Shown here piece after piece: positions 8,971 through 17,500 of a stretch of 20,000 nt of DNA (positions are counted from its first letter, which is position 1; each line of letters opens with the position of its first letter). The notes below the pieces were generated by a model that saw nothing but the letters and a program-made list of their open reading frames with translations, ran no database searches and had not been told where the DNA came from. The translations under genes and the position numbers were made by a program. The DNA comes from an uncultured virus (IMG/VR IMGVR_UViG_3300028920_000066) (taxonomy: Duplodnaviria; Heunggongvirae; Uroviricota; Caudoviricetes), in IMG/VR virus record IMGVR_UViG_3300028920_000066. One strand, 5' to 3'.

Positions 8971-9681
8971 TTATTTCTTATATGGGTTCGGTGGCTCTGG
9001 AGGTTTCGGTGTCGGCTTCGCTGGTTTCGGTATATCACTTGCATCCCCATAATAAGTTCCAATCTGAAAATCTATATTTTGTATTGTGTCATATAAATCT
9101 TTATCCAAATAGTGAGTGAACTCCGTTTGACACTCTATCGTAATAGTGTTTCTATGAACAACCTTATTAGGTCCTTCCACACTTCCCTCTTCAGAAGTTA
9201 TTCCACCATTTGTTATATCCACATACGCTATATTTTTTTCTAAGAACTTTTTCTTAAATAAATATCTAACATAAACACCTACGATATCTGAAAGGTGTTC
9301 TATGTCCCTTTTTGTTCCTGCCAGAATATCTATGTTTACTCCAATTTTAAGAAAGCCTCCATAAAGATATCCTTTTATTCCATCTACCTCTACGCTGGTT
9401 TCTTTCATAAACTCGTCACCAACATAAGTCATACTCATATCCCCTCCACCCAATGTTACAACTATTATCGGCAACTTGGATATCCTTTGAGGATAATCGC
9501 TTCGTATATCTACTTGGCTCAAGTTTATATCTCGGCTATACCTATATTTTTCTGGTGTAGCAGGGTGTTCAAAAGCCACTCTTAAAGCTGTTATGAACGC
9601 TCGTTCTATATAATTATTATATAAATATATAAAAAACGGTTCTTCTACTTGCCCTTGTCTGGGTCTTTCATCAACATTCAC
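8971..9681 (-). CDS. Putative tail terminator / tail completion protein
   Basis: 236 aa, GTG start with an AAGGAG RBS. 'YP.....LPIIVV' and 'VNIDILA.....E.LSDIV' match the tail-terminator pattern (lambda gpU/T4 gp15 superfamily). It lies just upstream of the sheath. Confidence 0.7.
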   Translation of the reverse strand: MNVDERPRQGQVEEPFFIYLYNNYIERAFITALRVAFEHPATPEKYRYSRDINLSQVDIRSDYPQRISKLPIIVVTLGGGDMSMTYVGDEFMKETSVEVDGIKGYLYGGFLKIGVNIDILAGTKRDIEHLSDIVGVYVRYLFKKKFLEKNIAYVDITNGGITSEEGSVEGPNKVVHRNTITIECQTEFTHYLDKDLYDTIQNIDFQIGTYYGDASDIPKPAKPTPKPPEPPNPYKK

Positions 9682-9691
9682 CGTCTTACTC

Positions 9692-9718
9692 CTTTATAAA
9701 ATAAAATTATATAACTAA
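9692..9718 (-). promoter_or_regulatory. Copy 1 of a conserved 27-bp intergenic motif (candidate late promoter or operator)
   Basis: Plus strand CTTTATAAAATA-AAA-TTATATAACTAA, 24/27 identical to 14496-14522. It abuts the RBS of the tail terminator gene. Confidence 0.55.
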
Positions 9719-9720
9719 TT

Positions 9721-9975
9721 TTAAGGCAAAATTCCTGTAATAGGTGTTCCACTTGCTGTTGAACCAGTTACTGTTTGAGTGCTTTGCCAAGCAGTCCAAG
9801 TCAAATGAACCCCCTCAGCAATAGCGTCTACTATCTCGTCTAATTGGTCTTGAAGCTGGTCTTGATGTTCTGTAACCTCATTAGTTTCAGCATTAAATTC
9901 TTGTCTATAAAACCCTTTTGCTAATAGCTGAGTTTTAATATTTTGTTTAAGCAAATCCTTACTGGGAGCGGGCAT
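9721..9975 (-). CDS. Hypothetical protein, possibly a small virion protein
   Basis: 84 aa with a GGAGG RBS, starting right after the previous stop codon. Confidence 0.6.
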   Translation of the reverse strand: MPAPSKDLLKQNIKTQLLAKGFYRQEFNAETNEVTEHQDQLQDQLDEIVDAIAEGVHLTWTAWQSTQTVTGSTASGTPITGILP

Positions 9976-9976
9976 T

Positions 9977-10471
9977 TTATACTACCTCCTTTTTCTTTCG
10001 TTTCTTTATAAAATCCCAAATCAATGGAATTAAAAACCCTATAGCTAAAACCTGATAAGTAATAGGGTTATGAAACATATTGTAAAAAAAATCTCCAATA
10101 CCTGAAGCAGAACTACTATAATCCATATCTGGAGATAACATAACTATATCTCCTCCAGAACCATATCCTCCAACTCCCCCACCACCAATGCCAGACCCTG
10201 AAGTTCCTATTTCTTCTACAATATCAAGGTCTGGGTGTATAGCCTCGTCTATAGGTAATTTTGCTTTTAGTTTTCCTTTTGACGTTTTCTGTAAAAAATA
10301 TATTCCCCAATTTACGAGCGTCATAACCGAAAAGCCTAAAACCATTATCCCGTTTCTAACATCTTTAATCCACTCACCTATGGCTTCACCTTTAAGTTTT
10401 AATATCTCTGCTTGAAGTTTTTCTTTTTTTAACTGTTCAAGTGTTTTCTCTTTTTTCTTTTTCTTCCCCAT
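9977..10471 (-). CDS. Membrane protein with two predicted TM segments (holin/antiholin candidate)
   Basis: The likely start is ATG 10471 (AAGGAG RBS; MGKKKKKEK...), not 10516. Hydrophobic segments GIMVLGFSVMTLVNWGIYFL and ITYQVLAIGFLIPLIWDFI, basic termini, and location two genes downstream of the endolysin. Confidence 0.5.
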   Translation of the reverse strand: MGKKKKKEKTLEQLKKEKLQAEILKLKGEAIGEWIKDVRNGIMVLGFSVMTLVNWGIYFLQKTSKGKLKAKLPIDEAIHPDLDIVEEIGTSGSGIGGGGVGGYGSGGDIVMLSPDMDYSSSASGIGDFFYNMFHNPITYQVLAIGFLIPLIWDFIKKRKKKEVV

Positions 10472-10751
10472 CTTGTAGCTCCTTTGATTTAGACAGGTCA
10501 AACTCTTCTCTATCATAAAATTCTGCTTGTTTACCCTCGTTCCATTGTTTTACTGGGCGGAAGTAACCAACTACTCTGCTGTATACTTCACATTCTGTTC
10601 CTTTTACGTTTTCTAATTCTTCTTCCAATTCCTTTATTTGCGATAATATTTTTTTATTTTGGGGAGTAAGTTCTATCCTTTGTCCGTCCAAAATAATTGT
10701 TTCATATTCCTTTACTTCAATTTCAGTTTTTTCAATAGTCAAATCACCCAT
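10437..10751 (-). CDS. Stand-alone NrdD (class III anaerobic ribonucleotide reductase) C-terminal glycyl-radical domain protein
   Basis: The likely start is ATG 10751 (AAGGAGG RBS; MGDLTIEK..., 104 aa). It contains CEVYSRVVGYFRPVKQWNEGKQAEFYDR, the NrdD glycyl-radical loop and C-terminal motif. Confidence 0.85.
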   Translation of the reverse strand: MGDLTIEKTEIEVKEYETIILDGQRIELTPQNKKILSQIKELEEELENVKGTECEVYSRVVGYFRPVKQWNEGKQAEFYDREEFDLSKSKELQDGEEKEKRENT

Positions 10752-11265
10752 TGAAATCCTCCTTATAAGAATCATAAAATTGTAAACCAGGACAGCTCTT
10801 ATAACTTGCATACTCTCGGTGATAACTAATTTTTAAATCACCGAATTTATCTTTCAAATATCGTATCAACATTTTCAATAATAGTAATTGCGATTCATTT
10901 GGGCGATTCTTATCGAAGTTACCCACAACACATATTCCTATACTCTTTGAATTGTGCCCAACCGTGTGAGCACCACCTTGATTTAAAGGTCTACCCACTT
11001 TTACAACATAATCTTCTACATTAAGAAATTGGTCTGCCTTATTAAAAGCCGTTAAGTCTTTTTCTATAATGTAATGATAACCTATGTCGCTCCAGGGTTT
11101 TGTTACTTTTTTACCCTTTTCAATTAACTGTTTCGCTTCATCTTCCGTGATAATATTACCCTCATATCTCCAACTCGTATGAAATCTTTTTATTGCTTCA
11201 AAATCTGATAATTCTTGGTCACGAGTCCAGCTATGGTGGATAATTATCTCGTTTATGGTTCTCAT
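10744..11265 (-). CDS. Endolysin, N-acetylmuramoyl-L-alanine amidase (Amidase_2, T7 lysozyme/PGRP type)
   Basis: 173 aa with the motifs IIIHHS, DIGYHY, GR....GAHTVGHNSKSIGICVVGNF, HRE and KSCPG, so the His/His/Cys zinc ligands are intact. Confidence 0.93.
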   Translation of the reverse strand: MRTINEIIIHHSWTRDQELSDFEAIKRFHTSWRYEGNIITEDEAKQLIEKGKKVTKPWSDIGYHYIIEKDLTAFNKADQFLNVEDYVVKVGRPLNQGGAHTVGHNSKSIGICVVGNFDKNRPNESQLLLLKMLIRYLKDKFGDLKISYHREYASYKSCPGLQFYDSYKEDFNG

Positions 11266-11290
11266 ATCAATTCACTTCCTCTCGTATAAT

Positions 11291-12286
11291 TTAAAAAATA
11301 TCTCTATGAGGTGTGTTATATCTTGGGTCTGTTAGAGTTGCTAATGCTTGATTGATAGTGTCTAAAGACACAATATACCGTATATCGGTTGGCATTATTA
11401 AATCTAACGAGAAGTATTGCATAGTAGCCGCACCTCTAAAAAAAGATACCTGAACATCTCTGACTATCCAGCGTCTGCCGTCTATCTTTCTTACAATTAA
11501 ATCTTGTTCCCTTAATATGGGTGGAACGATAGTCCAAGCGTCATAGGTTTGAGATAATGTAAGCCCTCTAACAGTTCCTTTAAAATCGTTTGCTGGTTTG
11601 TTAGGAAATCTTATATACATCTCTATCGGTGGATAATAACCACCAACTATTCCTGTGCCAAAGCACAACGGACATCTTCCACTTCCAATATTGTCTGGGT
11701 CTTCTCTATCTTCTGTGCAAGTGCAGGGAATACCAAATGGCTCTTGTGTGCCCCAGCGTCTTAGATACACATCACATTTTACGCCTACCATCTGAAGAGC
11801 CATAAGTTTATCGTCCTTTGACCTTTGTAATAAGTCACTCAACTGGTCATTTATGTTATCTGTTTCAGGAAAACCATTGTTAGGTGTCATTGGGTTTTCC
11901 TCAAAAGTTTCTTGTTCAGCACTATCATAAGTGCTTTGACCGTCTTCGTTTAAGAACGTTTCCACTCCATTAACTACCTTACTTATCCAGAAATAAAATG
12001 TTATATTATTTGGAAATAAAGGTAAATTCATTTCATATTCTGCACTTGTAATAATAGAATCTTTATTCGCTTTATATCTTGTCATAGGGTGCACACTATA
12101 ATAAACATTATATCCATCTAATCCTGTATCTGTTTGTGCGTCCCACGATAATTTTACATAACTATAGCTCCCCTTATAAGTTCCACCAAAAAATGGGTCA
12201 TATTTAATGATAGCATTAGGGTCTTCTATATAGTTTCTATCTATATGAATTATAAATTCATTCTGGTTTTCTTCGTCTAAAGGCAT
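11291..12286 (-). CDS. Putative neck / head-closure protein with a Zn-binding insert and an N-terminal FnIII-like domain
   Basis: 331 aa. 'CTC...CPLCFGTG..GGY..P' and 'P.LR..DLIV.....RW.V..V' are typical of myovirus neck proteins. The N-terminal 'VKLSWDA.....GYNVYYS...YFWIS.V' is FnIII-like. Confidence 0.7.
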   Translation of the reverse strand: MPLDEENQNEFIIHIDRNYIEDPNAIIKYDPFFGGTYKGSYSYVKLSWDAQTDTGLDGYNVYYSVHPMTRYKANKDSIITSAEYEMNLPLFPNNITFYFWISKVVNGVETFLNEDGQSTYDSAEQETFEENPMTPNNGFPETDNINDQLSDLLQRSKDDKLMALQMVGVKCDVYLRRWGTQEPFGIPCTCTEDREDPDNIGSGRCPLCFGTGIVGGYYPPIEMYIRFPNKPANDFKGTVRGLTLSQTYDAWTIVPPILREQDLIVRKIDGRRWIVRDVQVSFFRGAATMQYFSLDLIMPTDIRYIVSLDTINQALATLTDPRYNTPHRDIF

Positions 12287-12289
12287 TTA

Positions 12290-12571
12290 TTACCACCCAA
12301 ATCTCTCTAAAATTTGCTTTTCGGTCATTCCTTTATCCAACATTTCTTCTATTTCTTTTTCATATATAAATTGTTCTTCTTTTTTATAACTACCAAACAT
12401 TTTTATTGGAACGTGAATACAGGTAAGTTTAACTGTTGTTGTAAGATTTTTAGAATTAGCGTCAATAGGCTCAAACTCTATTTTACTTACATTACCTATT
12501 ACTTCTCCACTTTCTGTCATTACCTTTGTTCCAGCCAATGTTCCGTCCGATTCAATTTTTATTTTGTTCAT
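12290..12571 (-). CDS. Hypothetical protein
   Basis: 93 aa with a GAGAGGAA RBS, overlapping the upstream ORF. Confidence 0.6.
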   Translation of the reverse strand: MNKIKIESDGTLAGTKVMTESGEVIGNVSKIEFEPIDANSKNLTTTVKLTCIHVPIKMFGSYKKEEQFIYEKEIEEMLDKGMTEKQILERFGW

Positions 12572-12815
12572 TTTTCCTCTCCTCTCTTAATCCCTCTTCT
12601 AAATATTTTATTATATTACGAACACGTCTATTTGTAATAAAAGACGCTAACGTATTTAAAGCATTTTGTATATAAGGGTTGTTTAATTTATTTTCTGTAA
12701 ATCCAGCTTCTATAAAAGACTCTGCTAAAAGCATAGGCCCTTCATAATGTTGAAAGTGTCTTTTAGCCAATAGCATATCTTTACGAATTGCTTTCAATAA
12801 TTCTGCTTTGTCCAT
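12552..12815 (-). CDS. Hypothetical protein
   Basis: 87 aa with an AGGAG RBS, in the operon. Confidence 0.6.
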   Translation of the reverse strand: MDKAELLKAIRKDMLLAKRHFQHYEGPMLLAESFIEAGFTENKLNNPYIQNALNTLASFITNRRVRNIIKYLEEGLREERKNEQNKN

Positions 12816-12839
12816 CTAAAAACTCCTATTTGATAAGGA

Positions 12840-13316
12840 TTAGCCTATAGCTAATCTGATAAATGTTCCAAGCTGATTGGCATATCTTGGTGTTGCCAGA
12901 ACCAGCGAGTTCCACATATTTCTTTTTATGTTTTCAGCTTTCATTTTATAGAGTTCATACATATTTTTATAAAATATATCTAATTTACCAACCCTATCAA
13001 AATTTATATCAATACCACCCTCACCATAACTAAAATCATTCATAGTCCATTTTTGCTGAAGCATTAGTGTTGAATACATTTGTGTTCCAAGAATGATAAG
13101 CTCATCAAAAAATGGAGGTATGCTATTTACAGTATAATCCGTTAATGGAGGAAAATAATTTATATTACCTACAACAAGTCTAATAAATTCTAATATACGT
13201 TCATCATCATTTTCAAATTCTTTATAAAAAGGTTTAGACATTACTAACTTAGAACGTTTAACAAGTTCTATTTCTCTGGGTGTAAAATTAGTAGCGTCAA
13301 CATCAATATTACTCAT
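12840..13316 (-). CDS. Putative head-tail adaptor protein
   Basis: 158 aa, helical. 'DD..ILEFI......IN..PP.T.Y...NDFSY..GGI.I' resembles adaptor proteins. It lies upstream of the neck gene and has an AGGAG RBS. Confidence 0.65.
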   Translation of the reverse strand: MSNIDVDATNFTPREIELVKRSKLVMSKPFYKEFENDDERILEFIRLVVGNINYFPPLTDYTVNSIPPFFDELIILGTQMYSTLMLQQKWTMNDFSYGEGGIDINFDRVGKLDIFYKNMYELYKMKAENIKRNMWNSLVLATPRYANQLGTFIRLAIG

Positions 13317-13327
13317 AATCTATCTCC

Positions 13328-13690
13328 TTATGATACTAAAGTATTAGTTTCAACAACTGTTACGTTAGCGTCTACTGTAGCTGAAGCGTTTGTTACATAA
13401 AGAGAATCTATATCCTGAGAAGAGAAAATATAAACACCACCAGTATTTATAATTCTTTCCTCTCCAGAAGTAGAATTTATTTTTACTGTAATTTCTGCAT
13501 CAGTAAATATATAAATAAATTCCAAACCACTTTTTACAAGATTAACCAAGTAATCTGTTTCTCCAGCTTCTACAACAGTTTTCTTATATTCAAAATCTGT
13601 TATAGAACGTTGTTCTTGAGATTCTTCTAATACAATTCTTTCATTATCGTCATTATAAATCTCAACCTTGTTTGTTGCTATCATTTTCAT
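13328..13690 (-). CDS. Hypothetical beta-rich protein, possibly a virion component
   Basis: 120 aa, acidic and beta-strand-rich, with an AGGAGG RBS. Confidence 0.55.
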   Translation of the reverse strand: MKMIATNKVEIYNDDNERIVLEESQEQRSITDFEYKKTVVEAGETDYLVNLVKSGLEFIYIFTDAEITVKINSTSGEERIINTGGVYIFSSQDIDSLYVTNASATVDANVTVVETNTLVS

Positions 13691-13703
13691 AATTCTTTCC
13701 TCC

Positions 13704-14207
13704 TTATGTGCCCATATGTTTTATTTTGGGTGATTTACTATATTTCCAATATTTACTTTTTTTAGCTTTTTTAGGGGTCATCCCATAAGGCAATTCTCTG
13801 GGAAGAAATCCTTTTTCGGCATAAGTTAATTGTTTTCTGGTTTTTTCAGGAATAGCTATATCAAAAAATTCCTCTATAAGTTCAACTGCTTCTTCAAATT
13901 TTTCTCCCTCTAAAAGAGAGTCCATTTCTCTCTGAAGATATTGAGGGGCTACCATATAGAACTCATATATCTCTGAAAATAATGTTGGTTCATATGGTTT
14001 TCCCTCTTTAGTTAGTCCTGTATAAGATTTTATTTCTTCTTTTTCTATTGCGTTCATCAATTTTTCTAACTTTTTCTCTACATCATAAGACCAAGCTTCT
14101 TTAATTTTATCCGTTCTTAGTCCAATATTAAAATTATAAATATCATCATAAATACTTTGTAATTTGTTTAAAATTTGTTGTTTTGTCATTAAATTACTCC
14201 CGACCAA
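13704..14207 (-). CDS. Hypothetical protein
   Basis: ORF of about 161-167 aa. The real start may be the ATG of MTKQQ (GGAG RBS), which overlaps the upstream stop. Basic C-terminus. Confidence 0.55.
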   Translation of the reverse strand: MVGSNLMTKQQILNKLQSIYDDIYNFNIGLRTDKIKEAWSYDVEKKLEKLMNAIEKEEIKSYTGLTKEGKPYEPTLFSEIYEFYMVAPQYLQREMDSLLEGEKFEEAVELIEEFFDIAIPEKTRKQLTYAEKGFLPRELPYGMTPKKAKKSKYWKYSKSPKIKHMGT

Positions 14208-14482
14208 TTAACATTTACTACAGCCCCATTAGGATGGCTTACTTGCAACCAGCATAAACAATTAACGTGGGACTTACTAAAAATAGGTGCGTCATACTCT
14301 GTTTGGGCTAAAAAATCCTCTAATGTCCACACCATACCGTCTAAATCTGCACATACACTATCTATATCGTAACGGTCATTTTGCACCCAGCGAACAGTAT
14401 CATATCCCTCTGCTAATAATTGAGTTAAAGCCCAAGTGCTTTCGTCCACTCGAATTTCGGCTAAAATATGTTTTTCACACAT
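14189..14482 (-). CDS. Small MuF/SPP1 gp7-like head morphogenesis domain protein
   Basis: 97 aa with 'W........C..LDG.V......API...H.NC.C', matching the MuF C-terminal Cys/His motif. GAGG RBS. Confidence 0.6.
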   Translation of the reverse strand: MCEKHILAEIRVDESTWALTQLLAEGYDTVRWVQNDRYDIDSVCADLDGMVWTLEDFLAQTEYDAPIFSKSHVNCLCWLQVSHPNGAVVNVNWSGVI

Positions 14483-14495
14483 AGATAAGTTACCT

Positions 14496-14522
14496 CTTTA
14501 TAAAATACTTTTATATAACTAA
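14496..14522 (-). promoter_or_regulatory. Copy 2 of the conserved 27-bp intergenic motif (candidate late promoter or operator)
   Basis: Plus strand CTTTATAAAATA-CTT-TTATATAACTAA. It abuts the RBS of the MuF-like gene. Confidence 0.55.
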
Positions 14523-14554
14523 AATTCACTATAAAATACCTCTCTATACATAAA

Positions 14555-17500
14555 TTATGGCGTATTTGTAGCCGTAACCGTTGGTGTTACAGTAGGCGTT
14601 ACAGTATATGTTATTGTCGGAGTTATAGTCGGTGTTACGGTTAAAGTTATAGTTGGTGTCACAGTTTCTGTTATCGTTGGCGTTAATGTCTGTGTAATTG
14701 TTAGTGTCACAGTTGGTGTAACCGTTTCTGTTATAGTTGGTGTTATTGAACCAGTTATTGTAGGCGTAACAGTTTGTGTAACAGTTGGTGAAATTGTATG
14801 TGTCACAGTTTGTGTAACTGTTTCTGTTACTGTAGGTGTAGCAGACGCTGTTGGAGTATATATTAACCATCCACCTTGTGTTATAGATAATATTAGTGAC
14901 GCTCCGTCTTTTAAAACTATATTTAAACCACTCGTTCCAGTTCCCCCAACAACATTAGCAGTTATTGTTATGTCAGATGAAAATCCTGGTGACTGAGCCC
15001 CATAACTCCAAATAACTGAAGTATATCCTAACCCTACAGGCTCAACTGTCCCTGTAGGAACAGGAGTAGCTTCTGCCCCGTTCCAAGTTATAATACCGTT
15101 CCATACAATAGCTGATACATTAAAATCTGTTGGTGATTGATTCCCGTTCTGAAATTTTATATACATAGGATAAGTTTCGCCCACTACTAAGAAAGGTTCG
15201 TCAAAGGAATATTCTGCAAAATTTTCTGGTGTAAAAGTAGGCGTAACAGTCGATGTTACAGTAGGCGTTACTGTCTGTGTTACTGTCTGTGTTACTGTTG
15301 ACGTTATAGTCTGAGTATTAGTTTCTGTTATTGTAGGTGTTATAGTCTGAGTATTAGTTTCTGTTATTGTTTGAGTTATAGTCTGAGTATTTGTTTCCGT
15401 TACAGTCTGAGTATTTGTTTCCGTTATAGTCTGAGTAACCGTTTTAGTAATTGTTTGAGTAATTGTAGGTGTAAAAGTTTGAGTAATTGTTGGTGTTATA
15501 GTTTCTGTTACAGTCTGTGTATTTGTTTGTGTTATGGACGAGGTTACCGTTGGGGTGCTTGTTTGTGTAATTGTTTGTGTAATTGTAAAAGTTTGTGTTA
15601 TAGTTGGTGACAAATATTCTATAGAACTCCATACCTGTTTATCTCTTTGTGTATCTATTAACCACATATTTTTATCAATAGATAACAGCGAGTGTGAAGT
15701 ATTTATAGGAAAATCTTCAACAACATTTAATTGCCAATTTAATCCGTCTGCTGAAGTCCATACTTCTTTTTGTTCATTAAGAATACCACCAAGCACCCAC
15801 ATTTTATTATCAAAAACTGTTATAGCATATATTCCTTTTGGGTCAAATGGTGCTTGTGGTGTTTTTTCTACCCACGTAATACCGTCAGTAGAATACCAAA
15901 CATCACTTTTAGGAACATCGTCTTCTATTTTTCCACCTATTACCCACATTTTATTATCAAAAACTACACTTAGGTGACCATATCTTTTACCAAATTGTGC
16001 TAAACTTGTAGAAAGTTTCCATCTTTCTCCATTCGTAGAATACCAAACATCACTTGCAGGTTCGCTATTTTGCATACCACCTATAACCCACATTTTACCG
16101 TCAAAAACAAGACTGGTATGTTGTTTACGTGGACTAAATTCAGCGTTGCTTATAACTTTTCTCCAATAAAACCCATTACTACTACGCCACACATCATCTT
16201 CTAACTGTATATATCCAGTATTAGTATAAACGTTTCCTCCAATAACCCACATTTGATTATCAAATACAACAGATGAATGTTGATATCTTGGGAAGAATTG
16301 TGCGTTTTGTGTCGCTGGAATCCAGTCACAACCATTAGCTGAATACCAAGCGTCATTTAATCTTACATAATTATTATATCCAAGTTTAGAGTATCCTGAT
16401 ATAAGCCACATTTTATTATCATAATATAATGCTGTTTGTCCCTCTCTGTTATTATAATCCACATATCTACACTCTAAAGTCCAACCAGTAATTATAGTTG
16501 GTATAGCAGAGGGAGTATGTGTAAGTGTAATTGTTGGTGTAATTGTAGCAGTAATAGTTGTTGTGTTTGTTTGCGTTATTGTAGACGTTAATGTAATTGT
16601 GTGCGTAGGGGTTACTGTCTGCGTTATGGTAAACGTAAATGTGTTTGTTACGGTTTCAGTTATTGTTTGCGTTACTGTTTGTGTGTTGGTTTCTGTTACT
16701 GTCTGGGTTACAGTCTGGGTTACTGTTTCAGTTACAGTCTGGGTTATTGTTTGAGTATTTGTCAACGTTATCGTATAGGTAATAGTCGGTGTAACTGTTT
16801 GAGTTACTGTTTCAGTTACAGTTTGTGTATCTGTAGGTGTTATTGTTTGGGTTACTGTTTCAGTTATTGTTTGTGTGTTTGTAGGCGTTACTGTTTCTGT
16901 TATTGTCTGTGTAACTGTTTGTGTATCCGTTGGCGTTACTGTTTCAGTTACTGTTTGCGTAACTGTTTGTGTATCGGTAGGCGTTACGGTCTGTGTAACC
17001 GTTGGAGTTACTGTTTGAGTTACTGTCTGTGTATTTGTTTGTGTAACGGTTTGAGTAACTGTTTTTGTATTTGTTTCTGTTATTGTTTGTGTAACAGTAG
17101 GAGTATTTGTTTCCGTCACAGTTTGTGTAATTGTGGGTGTCACAGTCGGTGTAGAAGTTTGAGTTATTGTTTGTGTTACTGTTGACGTTACGGTTTCTGT
17201 AGGTGCTGAAACTGTTACATCTGTTGTATTTGAATTACTTGAAAGACCACCATCAGCCATAACACTTCCTGTGTTATATGTATGCCCAGTAAATGTTCCT
17301 TGTGAGAACACTACTACAGTAATTGTGCCATTTGTATCGCTTTGTGTTCCTAAATCCCACACATAAGTAAAATCTGGACTTCCTGTAATATCTGACCATA
17401 AAGGCGTAGATACATCTACCTGAACTTCGTCTTTATCAAAGAAATCAGATACTTGCAGGTTCTCTGCCGTTCCTACAACCGTCCAGTCAAGATAATAAGT

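Noticed and set aside
1..9681. Tailocin/eCIS rather than phage
   Set aside because: Adaptor, neck and MuF-like genes and a frameshifted chaperone indicate a head-bearing phage. Capsid and terminase genes probably lie outside the window, which cannot be confirmed here.
9682..9720. Rho-independent terminator in intergenic gaps
   Set aside because: No GC-rich hairpin followed by a U-tract is visible here or at 14483-14554.
10472..10811. ORF-track starts at 10811 and 10516
   Set aside because: They create long overlaps and lack an RBS. The downstream ATGs at 10751 and 10471 have strong Shine-Dalgarno sequences.
2828..14484. Short plus-strand ORFs (2828-3067, 5106-5303, 8452-8637, 8762-9052, 9295-9585, 10188-10415, 12314-12637, 14287-14484)
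   Set aside because: They are antisense to well-supported minus-strand genes and have no motifs or RBS.
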